Assembly: GCA_963803435.1 (NCBI GenBank)
Contig: CAWDML010000001.1
Coordinates: forward strand, 384,001-448,000
Source: an uncultured delta proteobacterium
GTDB lineage: Bacteria > Myxococcota > Kuafuiibacteriia > Kuafuiibacteriales > Kuafuiibacteriaceae
DNA length: 64,000 nucleotides
Direction: 5' to 3'
The position numbers and the translations under genes are program-made. The notes beneath the pieces were generated by a model, which saw nothing but the letters and a program-made list of their open reading frames with translations, searched no databases and had not been told where the DNA came from. This document shows, piece after piece, positions 1 through 9,713 of this stretch. Each line of letters starts with the position of its first letter. Position 1 is the stretch's first letter.

Positions 1-897
1 GCCGAACTCTCGCTTCCGCTCCAGCACGCTCATCAGGATGGTGTTGAGCACGCCCGCGGCGATCAGGATCGCGATCAGCGTCTGGAACAGGTAGTTCATC
101 GAGCGATCGATCTGGATCAGCCCGGCGATCGAAGACTGGGTCTTCTTCCAGGTCGACACCACCTCGTCCGGGCTCGAGAGCAGCGACCCGAGCACGCCCT
201 GGTAGTGGTCCGCCTTCCGGTGGTCGTCGATGAAGACGGCCACCAGCGTGGCCTCCTTCTCTCCGTAGCCGAGCGTCTTCCGCACCCGCTCGATCGGGAG
301 CAGCGCGAAGGCCCCGTCCACGTCGTCGACGCCGGTCTCGAAGATCCCGGACACGCGCGCCACGTCGCTGACGATCTCGCCGTTCGCGTCGACCATCGTG
401 TAGACGACCCTCTTGTCGAGCCGAAGCCCCAGCTTCTCGGCGAAGATCTTCCCCACCACGATCCCGTGCTCGTGCTCGTCGAAGAGCCGACCTTCGACGA
501 TCGAGCGGACGAACAGATCCACCTTCGCGCTCTCGGCGCCCGGATGGATCGCGTAGAAGACCCCGCCGGTGCTGTTGTTGGCGGTGGCGAACATCGCCTG
601 GCCGCTGATGCGAACGTACGCTCCCGTGATCCCGGGCGTGGCCGAGACCCGCTTCGCGAGCGCCTCCGCGTCCACGAGCCGGTGGTCGAGCCCGAGCGAG
701 TCCAGCCAACCTGCCGGGTGGATCGTGAGGTGCCCGAACCCCATCCGGGCGCTGGTGTCGATCATGCTGTTGTAGGTGTTGCCGCCCATCCCGGTGAACG
801 TGAACGACAGCCACACGCCGAAGGCCACGCTGCCGAGCGTGATCAGCGTCCTCCGTTTTCGCCGCCAAAGGTTTCGCCACGCCATCCGCCAGAGCAT
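1..897 (-). CDS. ABC transporter permease, FtsX/MacB/LolE-like (partial, runs off the left edge)
   Basis: Not in the ORF track. ATG at 897 preceded by an AGGAGG RBS. Reads MLWRMAWRNLWRRKRRTLITLGSVAFGVWLSF..., a typical FtsX-like permease N-terminus paralogous to the upstream gene. Confidence 0.88.
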   Translation of the reverse strand, partial: MLWRMAWRNLWRRKRRTLITLGSVAFGVWLSFTFTGMGGNTYNSMIDTSARMGFGHLTIHPAGWLDSLGLDHRLVDAEALAKRVSATPGITGAYVRISGQAMFATANNSTGGVFYAIHPGAESAKVDLFVRSIVEGRLFDEHEHGIVVGKIFAEKLGLRLDKRVVYTMVDANGEIVSDVARVSGIFETGVDDVDGAFALLPIERVRKTLGYGEKEATLVAVFIDDHRKADHYQGVLGSLLSSPDEVVSTWKKTQSSIAGLIQIDRSMNYLFQTLIAILIAAGVLNTILMSVLERKREFG

Positions 898-906
898 CGC
901 TGCCTC

Positions 907-2127
907 CTATCGATGATGGATCGCCTCGACCGGGCGGATCAGCGCCGCCTTCAGCCCAGGATAGAGCGCGGCCAGCCCGACCATCACGAAGAGCGAGACG
1001 ACCGGGACCACGACCGACGTGGCGTTGAGCCGGCAGTACCAGATCGGATCGATCGCCACGCCCGAGAACGACATGTCGTTCGCGATCGCCGAGAGATCGA
1101 TCCCGTGCGCCTGATAATAGAGCGAGACCGCGACGCCGAAGGTCACCGCCACCAGCACCGCCAGGGCCGCCTGCGTCATCACCTCCACCAGCACCACCAG
1201 CGCCACCTGGAGCGGCGTCACGCCCAGGGCCTTCATCACCCCGAACTCGCGGATGCGCTCGAACACGCTCATCAGCGTCGCGTTGAGCACGACCATCGCG
1301 ATCGCCGCGTAGGTGACCAGCAGCATGAACAGGCTGCTGGCGCCGCTCAGGTCGAGCATCTTGGCCAGCGCCGGCTGGAGCTTGCGCCAGGTCAGCACTT
1401 CCTCGCCGGGCGCGGCCGCCGCCACCACCTTCTCGGCATCGTCGAGCGGGACGTCCCGGTCCGGACGGACGACCACGATCTCGTGGGCGCCCTCGGGCAG
1501 CACCATCAGCTCGCGAAAAGCGCTCTCGACCATCAACAGACCCCCGCGGTCGATCGCGTCGCCGACGCTCTTCAGGATCCCGCGCACGCGGTACAGGTCG
1601 TTGGCCATCGATCCGTCGGCCGCCTGGCTCACCAGCACCACCTCCACGCCGACTTTCGCGCGGAGCGTGCGCGCCAGCTTCCGCCCGATCACGACGCCCT
1701 TCGGATCGGACGGCGAGAGCCACTCACCCGCGTCGAGGTGACGGTGGATCTCGGTGACCGTGTCCTCGCGCGCGACGTCGTAGCCCCGGATCTGGACGCC
1801 CGCGGACGACTGGCCCACCGCCGCCAGGCCGAACGCGTACAGGCGGTGTGCAGAGCGGTAGCCCTCCGCGTCGAGCGTGCGCTCGATGGCGCCCGGATCG
1901 GGGATGGTCGCGTAGAGCGTCGGATCGCGGCGGTAGCCCTCCGGGTGGATCTGGAGATCGCCCAGCTCCATGGTCAGAGCGTTCCGCTCCATGGTCGCGA
2001 ACAGGCCCGCCATCAGCGCCGAGTAGAAGATCATGATGAAGCCGGCCAGCCCCATCGCACCCGTGGTCACGAGCGTGCGCCGGTGATTCCGACCGATGCT
2101 CCGCATGCCGATGCCCAGGATGTTCAT
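907..2127 (-). CDS. ABC transporter permease, FtsX/MacB/LolE-like
   Basis: N-terminal RNHRRTLVT plus TM helix and a periplasmic domain. C-terminal MSVFERIREFGVMKALG motif and ALYPGLKAALIRPVEAI end. Confidence 0.92.
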   Translation of the reverse strand: MNILGIGMRSIGRNHRRTLVTTGAMGLAGFIMIFYSALMAGLFATMERNALTMELGDLQIHPEGYRRDPTLYATIPDPGAIERTLDAEGYRSAHRLYAFGLAAVGQSSAGVQIRGYDVAREDTVTEIHRHLDAGEWLSPSDPKGVVIGRKLARTLRAKVGVEVVLVSQAADGSMANDLYRVRGILKSVGDAIDRGGLLMVESAFRELMVLPEGAHEIVVVRPDRDVPLDDAEKVVAAAAPGEEVLTWRKLQPALAKMLDLSGASSLFMLLVTYAAIAMVVLNATLMSVFERIREFGVMKALGVTPLQVALVVLVEVMTQAALAVLVAVTFGVAVSLYYQAHGIDLSAIANDMSFSGVAIDPIWYCRLNATSVVVPVVSLFVMVGLAALYPGLKAALIRPVEAIHHR

Positions 2128-2879
2128 CTCGCGTCTTTCCGCAGGCTCCCCAGGGAGAAGAAGGAGTCGGGGATGCTCTTCTCGAACTCGAGCGAGTCGT
2201 AGGAGAGCTCCGTGTACTCACCCTTCTTGTCCTCGGGCACCATGCGCAGCACCGACGGCGCCTGCTTTCCGCCGAGGTTCGTGATCTTCGAGTAGGTGGC
2301 CGTGCGCGCCACCTTCATGTCCTCGTCGTAGTAGGTCGCCTTGCGGGGTAGATGATCGGCCGCGCCGAGCTCCATCACGATCTTGCCCCAGACCACCGCC
2401 GCGTCCGGCCTGGGCGTCAGCGTCAGCTCGATGATCTTCTCGCCGCCGCGATCGCCCTCGAAGGTGATGGCGGTGTCGTAGTCCTCGCGGAGGCGCGACT
2501 CCTTCACCAGGTCGTCGTTCGTGAAGTGGCTCCCCATCCAGGAGCCGAGCATCATTCCCGAGGTCAGGCGGATGGTCCGGTCCGTCTTGGGCAGATACGT
2601 GTAGACACTGTTGCCCGACTTCAGCGTGGCGGTCCCCTTCTCCTTGAGCGGCTCGAGGATCCGAACCAGCGTCTTCTCCTTGCCCTTCGACCAGGCGCGC
2701 ATCTTCATGGTCCGGGTGTAGTGCTGCGTCTTGACCGTCATGCTCAGCACGGCCTCGGAGGAGCTGCCCCGCCACAGGTCGTCGATCTCGTCGAGCAGCC
2801 GGTCGACGCGCGGATCGCTCGCAGCCGCCGCGGGCCGAGCGATCGCGACCAGACAGATACCCAACACAAGCGCTTTCAT
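2124..2879 (-). CDS. Outer membrane lipoprotein-sorting protein (LolA-like)
   Basis: Signal peptide MKALVLGICLVAIARPAAA. Family motifs include EKGTATLK, WMGSHFTNDDL and IPDSFFSL. ATGA overlap with tetR fixes the start at 2879. Confidence 0.88.
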   Translation of the reverse strand: MKALVLGICLVAIARPAAAASDPRVDRLLDEIDDLWRGSSSEAVLSMTVKTQHYTRTMKMRAWSKGKEKTLVRILEPLKEKGTATLKSGNSVYTYLPKTDRTIRLTSGMMLGSWMGSHFTNDDLVKESRLREDYDTAITFEGDRGGEKIIELTLTPRPDAAVVWGKIVMELGAADHLPRKATYYDEDMKVARTATYSKITNLGGKQAPSVLRMVPEDKKGEYTELSYDSLEFEKSIPDSFFSLGSLRKDAR

Positions 2880-3493
2880 CCCTGCTCCTTTGGCGCGAGC
2901 AGATCGCGCCACAACCCGATCAACATCGTGACCGTTCGATCGACGTCTTCATCCACCGCGAACTGTCCGAACTGATCGATCATCCAGAAGTCGATGGCCT
3001 CGCCCATCGCGAAGCCGACGCTCACCAGCAGCGACTGGGGGAGATCGGTCCGGACCGCGCCCACCGCCTGCCCGTGCGCGATGATCATCCCGGTCATCTC
3101 CATGATGCGCGCGTAGATCCCGGCGATCGGCCCCTCGCGAAGATGGCGGACGTCCCGAAGGCCCCGCGCCAGCGAGGCGAGCTCCGGACGATCGATCGCA
3201 AACTGGATACTCTTCCGGAAGAGCCGCTCGAGCACCTCCCAGAATTCGCCTTCGAGCGAGAGCGGTCCCAGGCTCTCGATCATCTCCCGCTCCACGTCCT
3301 CGAGGACGGCGGCGTAGAGATCGATCTTGTCGTCGAAGTAGTAATACATGGCCCCCTTGGACAGGCCGGCCTTCTCGATGATCTGGTTGTAGGAAGCGCC
3401 CTCGAAGCCGCTCTCGGCGAACTCGGCTCGCGCCACCGTCAGGATCCCCTGCCGCTTCTCTTCACTGAGCTTGTAGAAACGAGGCCTTGGCAT
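2876..3493 (-). CDS. TetR/AcrR family transcriptional regulator
   Basis: HTH signature EFAESGFEGASYNQIIEKAGLSKGAMYYYFDDKIDLY. Confidence 0.95.
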   Translation of the reverse strand: MPRPRFYKLSEEKRQGILTVARAEFAESGFEGASYNQIIEKAGLSKGAMYYYFDDKIDLYAAVLEDVEREMIESLGPLSLEGEFWEVLERLFRKSIQFAIDRPELASLARGLRDVRHLREGPIAGIYARIMEMTGMIIAHGQAVGAVRTDLPQSLLVSVGFAMGEAIDFWMIDQFGQFAVDEDVDRTVTMLIGLWRDLLAPKEQG

Positions 3494-3497
3494 CGGG

Positions 3498-3538
3498 TTA
3501 GACCCATGGTCGTACCACTGGTTCGACTGATGGTCTAA
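3498..3538. promoter_or_regulatory. Imperfect 41-bp palindrome, probable TetR operator
   Basis: TTAGACCcatgGTCGtACCA-c-TGGTtCGACtgatGGTCTAA lies immediately upstream of the tetR start codon. Confidence 0.6.
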
Positions 3539-3586
3539 GACTGAATCGCCTTTCGGCGGGCGTCAAGCGTTGGTAGACGAGTCGTC

Positions 3587-4126
3587 CTGATCGCCCAGAT
3601 CCAATCGAAGCTGAAGCCCATCTTCTCGCCTCGTTTCCTCAAGTTCGGCTTCGTCGGCGCCGCCGGGATTGCGGTCAACCTCAGCTTCCTCTTCCTCTTC
3701 TCCGACGTCCTCCAGCTGCACACCAACATCGCCGCCGGCCTCGCGATCGAGGTGTCGATCATCAACAACTTTCTCATCAACGATCGCTGGACGTTCGCCG
3801 ACCGTCGCGACGCGGGACGTCCGTTCTGGCGCCGGGGCCTCCACTTTCACGCGGTCTCGCTCGTCGGCGCCGTGGTTCAGCTCCTGGTGTTCGTCGGCGG
3901 GAACGCGATGTGGATGTACCTGACCTATTCGGACGCGCGCATCGACGCCTACTTCGCCACCGCCGGCACCTGGTTCCATCGCTTCGTGGTGCACCCGTTC
4001 GTCTCACCGCCGGACGTCGGCCCGCTCAAGTACGTCTCCCAGCTGGTCGGCATCGGGATCGCCGTGGTCTGGAACTTCCTCGCCAACTTCCACTGGACGT
4101 GGCGCGCCGACGGGAGCCAGCCGTGA
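3587..4126 (+). CDS. GtrA family protein (lipid-linked sugar flippase-like)
   Basis: Frame reads RFLKFGFVGAAGIAVNL...SIINNFLINDRWTF...VWNFLANFHWTW. Homology extends well upstream of the ORF-track start at 3752, but no in-frame ATG/GTG/TTG occurs after the stop at 3542, so CTG at 3587 is a guess. Confidence 0.8.
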   Translation: MIAQIQSKLKPIFSPRFLKFGFVGAAGIAVNLSFLFLFSDVLQLHTNIAAGLAIEVSIINNFLINDRWTFADRRDAGRPFWRRGLHFHAVSLVGAVVQLLVFVGGNAMWMYLTYSDARIDAYFATAGTWFHRFVVHPFVSPPDVGPLKYVSQLVGIGIAVVWNFLANFHWTWRADGSQP

Positions 4127-4851
4127 TCCCCGCCGCCGACTGGCGCGCCGGCGAGACGGCCCTCATCTGCATCCCCACCTACAACGAGCGCGAGAACATC
4201 GAGCTGATCGTGCCGGCCGTGCTCGCCTCGGTCCCGAAGGCGCACGTGCTGGTGATCGACGACAACTCGCCCGACGGCACCGGCGACATCGCCGACCGCA
4301 TCGCCGCCGGCGACGACCGCGTCCACGTCCTCCATCGAGGCGGCAAGGAGGGGCTCGGCAAGGCGTACCTCGACGGCTTTCGCTGGGCCGTCGCCGCCGG
4401 CTACCGCTACCTGTTCGAGTGCGACGCCGACTTCTCCCACGACCCGAAGTACCTCCCCACCTTCATGGAGATCCTCCAGGACGCCGACGTGGTGGTGGGC
4501 TCGCGGCGCATCCCCGGCGGCGGCGTCGAGAACTGGGGCGCGCTCCGCCGTCTCGTCTCCTGGGGCGGCAGCATGTACGCGATGACGATCCTCGGCGTCG
4601 GCGTCCGCGATCTCACCGGCGGCTTCAACGGCTTCCGCACCGAAGTCATCGAGGCCATCGGTCTCGACGGCTTCGAGACCAGCGGCTACGGCTTCCAGAT
4701 CGAGGTGAAGTTCCGAGCGATCCGCGCCGGGTTCAAGGTGGTCGAGGCGCCGATCGTGTTTCCCGACCGGGTCCGAGGAAAGTCGAAGATGAGCCCGGCC
4801 ATCATGCGCGAAGCCATGGTGAATGTGATAAAGCTTCGCCTCGGAAAATGA
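4123..4851 (+). CDS. Polyprenol monophosphomannose synthase (GT2, Dpm1/Ppm1-like)
   Basis: IPTYNERENI, VIDDNSPDGTG, ECDADFSHDP and DLTGGF motifs. GTGA overlap with the GtrA gene. Confidence 0.93.
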   Translation: MIPAADWRAGETALICIPTYNERENIELIVPAVLASVPKAHVLVIDDNSPDGTGDIADRIAAGDDRVHVLHRGGKEGLGKAYLDGFRWAVAAGYRYLFECDADFSHDPKYLPTFMEILQDADVVVGSRRIPGGGVENWGALRRLVSWGGSMYAMTILGVGVRDLTGGFNGFRTEVIEAIGLDGFETSGYGFQIEVKFRAIRAGFKVVEAPIVFPDRVRGKSKMSPAIMREAMVNVIKLRLGK

Positions 4852-6731
4852 GCACCGACGATCAGGGGCACGGCCACGGAAGGCTCCTTCCGCTCGCGCT
4901 CGGTGCGCTGGGCGTGGTGTACGGCGACATCGGTACCAGCCCACTCTACGCGCTCCGTGAATGCTTTCACGGCCACATGGAGCCCACCGCCGACAACGTG
5001 CTCGGTGTGCTCTCGCTGATCGTCTGGTCGCTGACCATCGTCATCGCGATCAAGTACCTCGTGATCGTGCTGCGGGCGGACAACGAGGGTGAGGGCGGCA
5101 TCCTGGCGCTGATGGCGCTGGTGGTGGAGGACCTGCTCGGACACAACGCGCGCGGGTTCAGCCGGGGCGCGCTGATCGCGCTCGGTCTCTTCGGTGCCGC
5201 CCTGCTCTACGGCGACGGCATGATCACGCCCGCGATCTCGGTCCTCAGCGCCGTCGAGGGGCTCGAGGTGGCCACGCCGGTCCTCACGCGCTACGTCGTT
5301 CCGATCACCATCGTCATCCTGTTCGGCCTCTTCTGGGTCCAGCGGCGCGGGACCGAGCGCATCGGCATCGTCTTCGGCCCCATCATGCTGCTCTGGTTCG
5401 CCACCCTGGCGGTCCTCGGCGTCCGCATGATCCTGGTGCACCCGTCGGTCCTGGCGGCGCTCCTCCCGCAGCACGCGATCCTCTTTCTCCTCGAGCACGG
5501 GCGCCTCGGCTTCGTCGTCCTGGGCGCGGTCTTCCTGGTGGTGACCGGCGGCGAGGCCCTCTACGCCGACATGGGTCACTTCGGACGCCGGCCGATCCAG
5601 CTCGGCTGGTTCTCGCTGGTGTTCCCGGCGCTGCTGCTCAACTATCTCGGCCAGGGCGCGCTGCTCCTCGAGAACCCCGCCAGCATCGAGAACCCGTTCT
5701 ATCTCCTGGCACCGGGGTGGAGCCTCTACCCGATGGTGATCCTGGCGACCGCCGCCACGGTGATCGCGTCGCAAGCCGTGATCTCGGGGGCGTTCTCGCT
5801 GACGCTCCAGGCGGTGCAGTTCGGCTATCTGCCGCGCGTGCTCATCGAGCACACGTCCGCCCGTCAGTTCGGTCAGATCTACGTCCCCTTCATCAACTGG
5901 ACGCTGCTCGCCGCCACCATCGGCCTGGTACTCGGCTTCCAGCGCTCCACCGACCTGGCCGCCGCCTACGGCATCGCGGTCACCACCACCATGGTGATCA
6001 CCGACGTCCTGGTCGCCGTCGCCATGCGCCAGCTCTTCAAGTGGGAGCTCTTTCCGGTGGTCCTGCTGACGGCCCTCTTCTTCGCCGTCGACATCTCGTA
6101 CTTCGCGGGCAACATCGTGAAGGTCGCCGAGGGCGGCTGGTTCCCGCTGGGGGTCGGCATCGGGATCTTCGTGGTGATGGCGACCTGGCGTCGCGGGCGA
6201 CAGCTCCTCGGCATCCGCATCCGCGAGGGCGTGATGTCGCTCGACGACTTCAAGCAGCGGATCGCCGACGACGAACCGGCCCGCGTCCCCGGCGTCTTCG
6301 TCTTCATGACCAGCAGCCTGCAGACGGCCCCGCTGGCGTTGATCAAGAACTACCACCACAACCGCGTGCTCCCCGAGCGGATCGTGTTCATGACCGTGCA
6401 GACGACCACGCAGGCCCGGGTCCGCGGCAAGCGCTGGAGCTACCAGGACCTGGGCGGCGGCTTCTCCTCGATCGTCATCCGGTACGGCTTCGTGGAGCGG
6501 CCGAACGTCCCGCACGTCCTCGGATTGGTGGCCGCCGAGCACGAGATCGATCTGGACGCCATCACCTACGTGCTCGGTCGTGAGACCGTGCTCGCCACCG
6601 ATCGCCCCGGGATGGCGATCTGGCGCGAGAAGCTGTTCTCGTTCCTGGCGAGGAACGCGCTGCGGGCGACGGCCTACTTCCAGCTTCCGCCCGACAAGGT
6701 CCTGGAGATCGGGGCGCAGATCGACATCTGA
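4848..6731 (+). CDS. kup: KUP/HAK/KT family potassium transporter
   Basis: GVVYGDIGTSPLYA, ADNEGEGGILAL, GDGMITPAISVLSAVEG and GEALYADMGHFG. ATGA overlap with the upstream gene. Confidence 0.97.
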   Translation: MSTDDQGHGHGRLLPLALGALGVVYGDIGTSPLYALRECFHGHMEPTADNVLGVLSLIVWSLTIVIAIKYLVIVLRADNEGEGGILALMALVVEDLLGHNARGFSRGALIALGLFGAALLYGDGMITPAISVLSAVEGLEVATPVLTRYVVPITIVILFGLFWVQRRGTERIGIVFGPIMLLWFATLAVLGVRMILVHPSVLAALLPQHAILFLLEHGRLGFVVLGAVFLVVTGGEALYADMGHFGRRPIQLGWFSLVFPALLLNYLGQGALLLENPASIENPFYLLAPGWSLYPMVILATAATVIASQAVISGAFSLTLQAVQFGYLPRVLIEHTSARQFGQIYVPFINWTLLAATIGLVLGFQRSTDLAAAYGIAVTTTMVITDVLVAVAMRQLFKWELFPVVLLTALFFAVDISYFAGNIVKVAEGGWFPLGVGIGIFVVMATWRRGRQLLGIRIREGVMSLDDFKQRIADDEPARVPGVFVFMTSSLQTAPLALIKNYHHNRVLPERIVFMTVQTTTQARVRGKRWSYQDLGGGFSSIVIRYGFVERPNVPHVLGLVAAEHEIDLDAITYVLGRETVLATDRPGMAIWREKLFSFLARNALRATAYFQLPPDKVLEIGAQIDI

Positions 6732-6739
6732 CCGGAGCC

Positions 6740-7699
6740 TCAGCGCTCCGGCCAGAACGCCACGCGCGCGCCCTCCGGGATCGACGACCCCGATAGATAG
6801 GCGCGCTGGAGCAGCGCCCACTCGTAGCGATACGACGCCCGATCGTAGAGCCGGCCTTCGAGCTGGATCGGTCCCCAGTCGCGATCCCGAGCGGCCAGCA
6901 GGATCCCGGCGGCGCGCGCCACGTCCTCCTCGGCCGGACGAAACGCCTCGATGATCGGCTCGATCTGCGCCGGGTGGACCGACCACATCCGCAGGAAGCC
7001 CAGCTCGCGGTGGGCGCGCTCGGCGTCGCTCTTCACCCGGGCTGCGTCCCTGAGATCGATCGTCACGTTGTGCGACGGCACGGTGCTGTTCGCCAGCGCG
7101 GCGGCGGCGATCCGGGCCTTGGCGCGACGGACCAGGGCGTGCTCGAACTGGCCCGGCGAGCGCATCGCGGAGCTGGGGATCGCGCCGTGATGGGCCGAGA
7201 CGAAGTCCATGAGGCCGAAGTCGAGGACCTCGACCTCTTCGAGCGCCGCGATCGCGAAGGCGTCGGAGAGCGCTCCGTGCGTCTCGATCAGGACGTGCAG
7301 CGGGAGCGTCCCGGTGAAGGGCAGGACCGCCTTCACATCCTCCACGCTGCGGGCCTTGGGGAGCGTGAGGTAGCGGAGCGAAGCGCGCGCCCCGCCGAGC
7401 ACGATCGACAGGTCCTGCTCGAAGCAGGGGTGATGGATCCCATGGACGCGCACGCCGCGCCGGTGTCCGTCGCCGCCGGCCCCTCGGAGCAGCTCCACCA
7501 CCATTTCGGCGTGCGCGCGCTCTCGACCTTCGGGTGCGCCGTCCTCGAGGTCCAGCGTCACGTCGAACAGCGGGAGCGTTCGCTGGAGCTCGATCGCTTT
7601 GTTGATCAACTTCTCGGACCCGGCGTAATGCTCACACACCGGAAGCGACGGGAAAGGCGCACCTTCATCGTAGAACGCTTCGCTGGGGTGGCGCACCAT
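6740..7699 (-). CDS. HpcH/HpaI aldolase / citrate lyase beta (CitE-like) family protein
   Basis: DVTLDLEDGA, LHVLIETHGAL, LDFGLMDFVSAH and MWSVHPAQI. Start at 7699 or 7711. Confidence 0.88.
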   Translation of the reverse strand: MVRHPSEAFYDEGAPFPSLPVCEHYAGSEKLINKAIELQRTLPLFDVTLDLEDGAPEGRERAHAEMVVELLRGAGGDGHRRGVRVHGIHHPCFEQDLSIVLGGARASLRYLTLPKARSVEDVKAVLPFTGTLPLHVLIETHGALSDAFAIAALEEVEVLDFGLMDFVSAHHGAIPSSAMRSPGQFEHALVRRAKARIAAAALANSTVPSHNVTIDLRDAARVKSDAERAHRELGFLRMWSVHPAQIEPIIEAFRPAEEDVARAAGILLAARDRDWGPIQLEGRLYDRASYRYEWALLQRAYLSGSSIPEGARVAFWPER

Positions 7700-7763
7700 C
7701 GCGAGGTGCATACGCCCAAAGCCGGCGTTGATCGACCGTGATCTTCTCGATAGCGCTGCCCGC

Positions 7764-9713
7764 GTGAAGTGGTTCAAGCGCAGCCTGCTCGCCCTCGCTC
7801 TCGTGCTCGCGGCAGGCGCCGTCTTCGCCGTGCCCACGCTCTTCGGCAAGCCCTGGCTCATCAACCACTTCTACCTCCGTGTCCTGGTACAGGCGGTCTT
7901 CGACGATCCGCTGCTCCTCACCCAGCTGAGACTGTTCGAGTCCGTCGGCCTGCACGTCGGCGCGGACGAGCTGCCCGACATGACGATGGCCGTCCGCGAC
8001 AAGCAGGCGGCGCGCGCCAAGAAGGACCTGGAGACCCTCGAGCGCTACGACACCGACGGCTTCTCGGAGGACGAGCGCCTCTCTTACGACGTCATGCACT
8101 GGCTCCTCGAGGTCGGGGTGGAGCAGTCCAACCGCTTCGAGAACCATCCCTATGCGTTCGACCAACTGGAGGGCCTGCACGTGCGGTTCCCGGACGTGAT
8201 GGTGAACTACCACCTGATCGAGCGCGCCTCCGACGCCGAGGACTACGTGACGCGCGTGCGGAAGATCGGCAAGGCGCTCGACGATCTCGCCGCCACCGCC
8301 GGCACGCTGGCCGACAAGGGCTTCACGATCCCACGCTTCATCCTGAAGAAGGTCGAGAAGGACGCGCGCGACTTCGCCGACAAGCCGGTGAAGCAGAACG
8401 CGCTCTTCAGGGACTTCCACGACAAGGTCCAGAAGCTCGGCATCTCTCCCGAGGAGAAGGCCTCGCTGGTGACGGCGCTCCAGCAGGCGCTCACCGACGA
8501 CGCGGACCCGGGCTACCGGCGCTTCGCCGACGCCGTGGCGGCGATGATCCCGGGCGCGACCGACGACGCCGGCGTGTGGCATCTGCCCGACGGCGAGGCG
8601 TACTACCAGCTCTGCATCAAGTCGAACACCTCGACCGAGATGAAGGCGGACGAGATCCACGCGATCGGCATCGCCGAGGTCGCGCGCATCCAGAAGGAGA
8701 TGCGATCGATCCTCGACTCGGAGCACATCACGGTGTCCTCCACCGTCTCCTTCGGGGACACGCTCCGCCACCTCGCGGCGGATCCGCGCTTCTTGTTCCC
8801 CGACACGGCCGAGGGCAAGGAGCAGCTCCTCGAACGCTATCGCGAGATTGCGACCGAGATGGAGTCGAACCTCGACAGCATGTTCATCACCAACCCGAAG
8901 GCGCCGCTCTCGGTGGAGCGGGTCCCCGAGTTCAAGGAGAAGACGTCCCCGTTCGCCTATTACTCGCCGGCCACCCTCGACGACAGCAAGGCGGGCACCT
9001 TCTTCGTCAATCTGCGGAACACGAAGGAGCACCCGAAGTACGGCATGCGAACGCTCGTCTATCACGAGGCCGTCCCCGGCCATCACTTCCAGATCTCCGT
9101 GGCGCGCGAGCAGAAGAGCCTGCCGCTGTTCCGACAGCTGGTACCGTTCACCGCCTACTCGGAGGGATGGGCGCTCTACGCCGAGCAGCTCTCGGACGAG
9201 CACGGCTTCGAGAAGACCCCCCTCGATTGGCTGGGCTACCTCGACGCGCAGCTCTTCCGCGCCGTCCGGCTGGTGGTCGACACCGGCCTCCACTCGAAGC
9301 GCTGGACGCGCGATCTGGCGATCCAGTACATGCTCGACAACAGCGGCACCTCGGCTACCGAGACGGAGACCGAGATCGAGCGGTACATGGTGTGGCCTGG
9401 GCAAGCGCTCGGCTACATGGTGGGCCGGCTGAAGATCCTCGAGCTCCGCGAGCGCGCCCAAAAGGCGCTCGGCGAGGCCTTCGACGAGAAGGAGTTCCAC
9501 GAGGCCGTGCTGCTCCCAGGGGCACTCCCGCTGGCCTTGCTGGAGAAGCAGGTGGATCGCCGGGTCGAAAAAGAGAACGCCGGCGCTATGATCCACGGGC
9601 GTGAAGCCGTTCCTCCTCAAGGTGAGCGTGTTCTGCCTGACGTTGATCCCGCTCTACTTCATCGGCTACGAGCTCCTCTTCGACGCCCACCACTGGCTCC
9701 GGACCCGGAATGA
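7764..9713 (+). CDS. DUF885 family protein (putative exported metallopeptidase)
   Basis: YHEAVPGHHFQ, AYSEGWALYAE, RAVRLVVDTGLH and EIERYMVWPGQALGY. The family C-terminus is reached near 9570. The tail overlapping the next gene is probably a frameshift artefact. Confidence 0.92.
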   Translation: MKWFKRSLLALALVLAAGAVFAVPTLFGKPWLINHFYLRVLVQAVFDDPLLLTQLRLFESVGLHVGADELPDMTMAVRDKQAARAKKDLETLERYDTDGFSEDERLSYDVMHWLLEVGVEQSNRFENHPYAFDQLEGLHVRFPDVMVNYHLIERASDAEDYVTRVRKIGKALDDLAATAGTLADKGFTIPRFILKKVEKDARDFADKPVKQNALFRDFHDKVQKLGISPEEKASLVTALQQALTDDADPGYRRFADAVAAMIPGATDDAGVWHLPDGEAYYQLCIKSNTSTEMKADEIHAIGIAEVARIQKEMRSILDSEHITVSSTVSFGDTLRHLAADPRFLFPDTAEGKEQLLERYREIATEMESNLDSMFITNPKAPLSVERVPEFKEKTSPFAYYSPATLDDSKAGTFFVNLRNTKEHPKYGMRTLVYHEAVPGHHFQISVAREQKSLPLFRQLVPFTAYSEGWALYAEQLSDEHGFEKTPLDWLGYLDAQLFRAVRLVVDTGLHSKRWTRDLAIQYMLDNSGTSATETETEIERYMVWPGQALGYMVGRLKILELRERAQKALGEAFDEKEFHEAVLLPGALPLALLEKQVDRRVEKENAGAMIHGREAVPPQGERVLPDVDPALLHRLRAPLRRPPLAPDPE

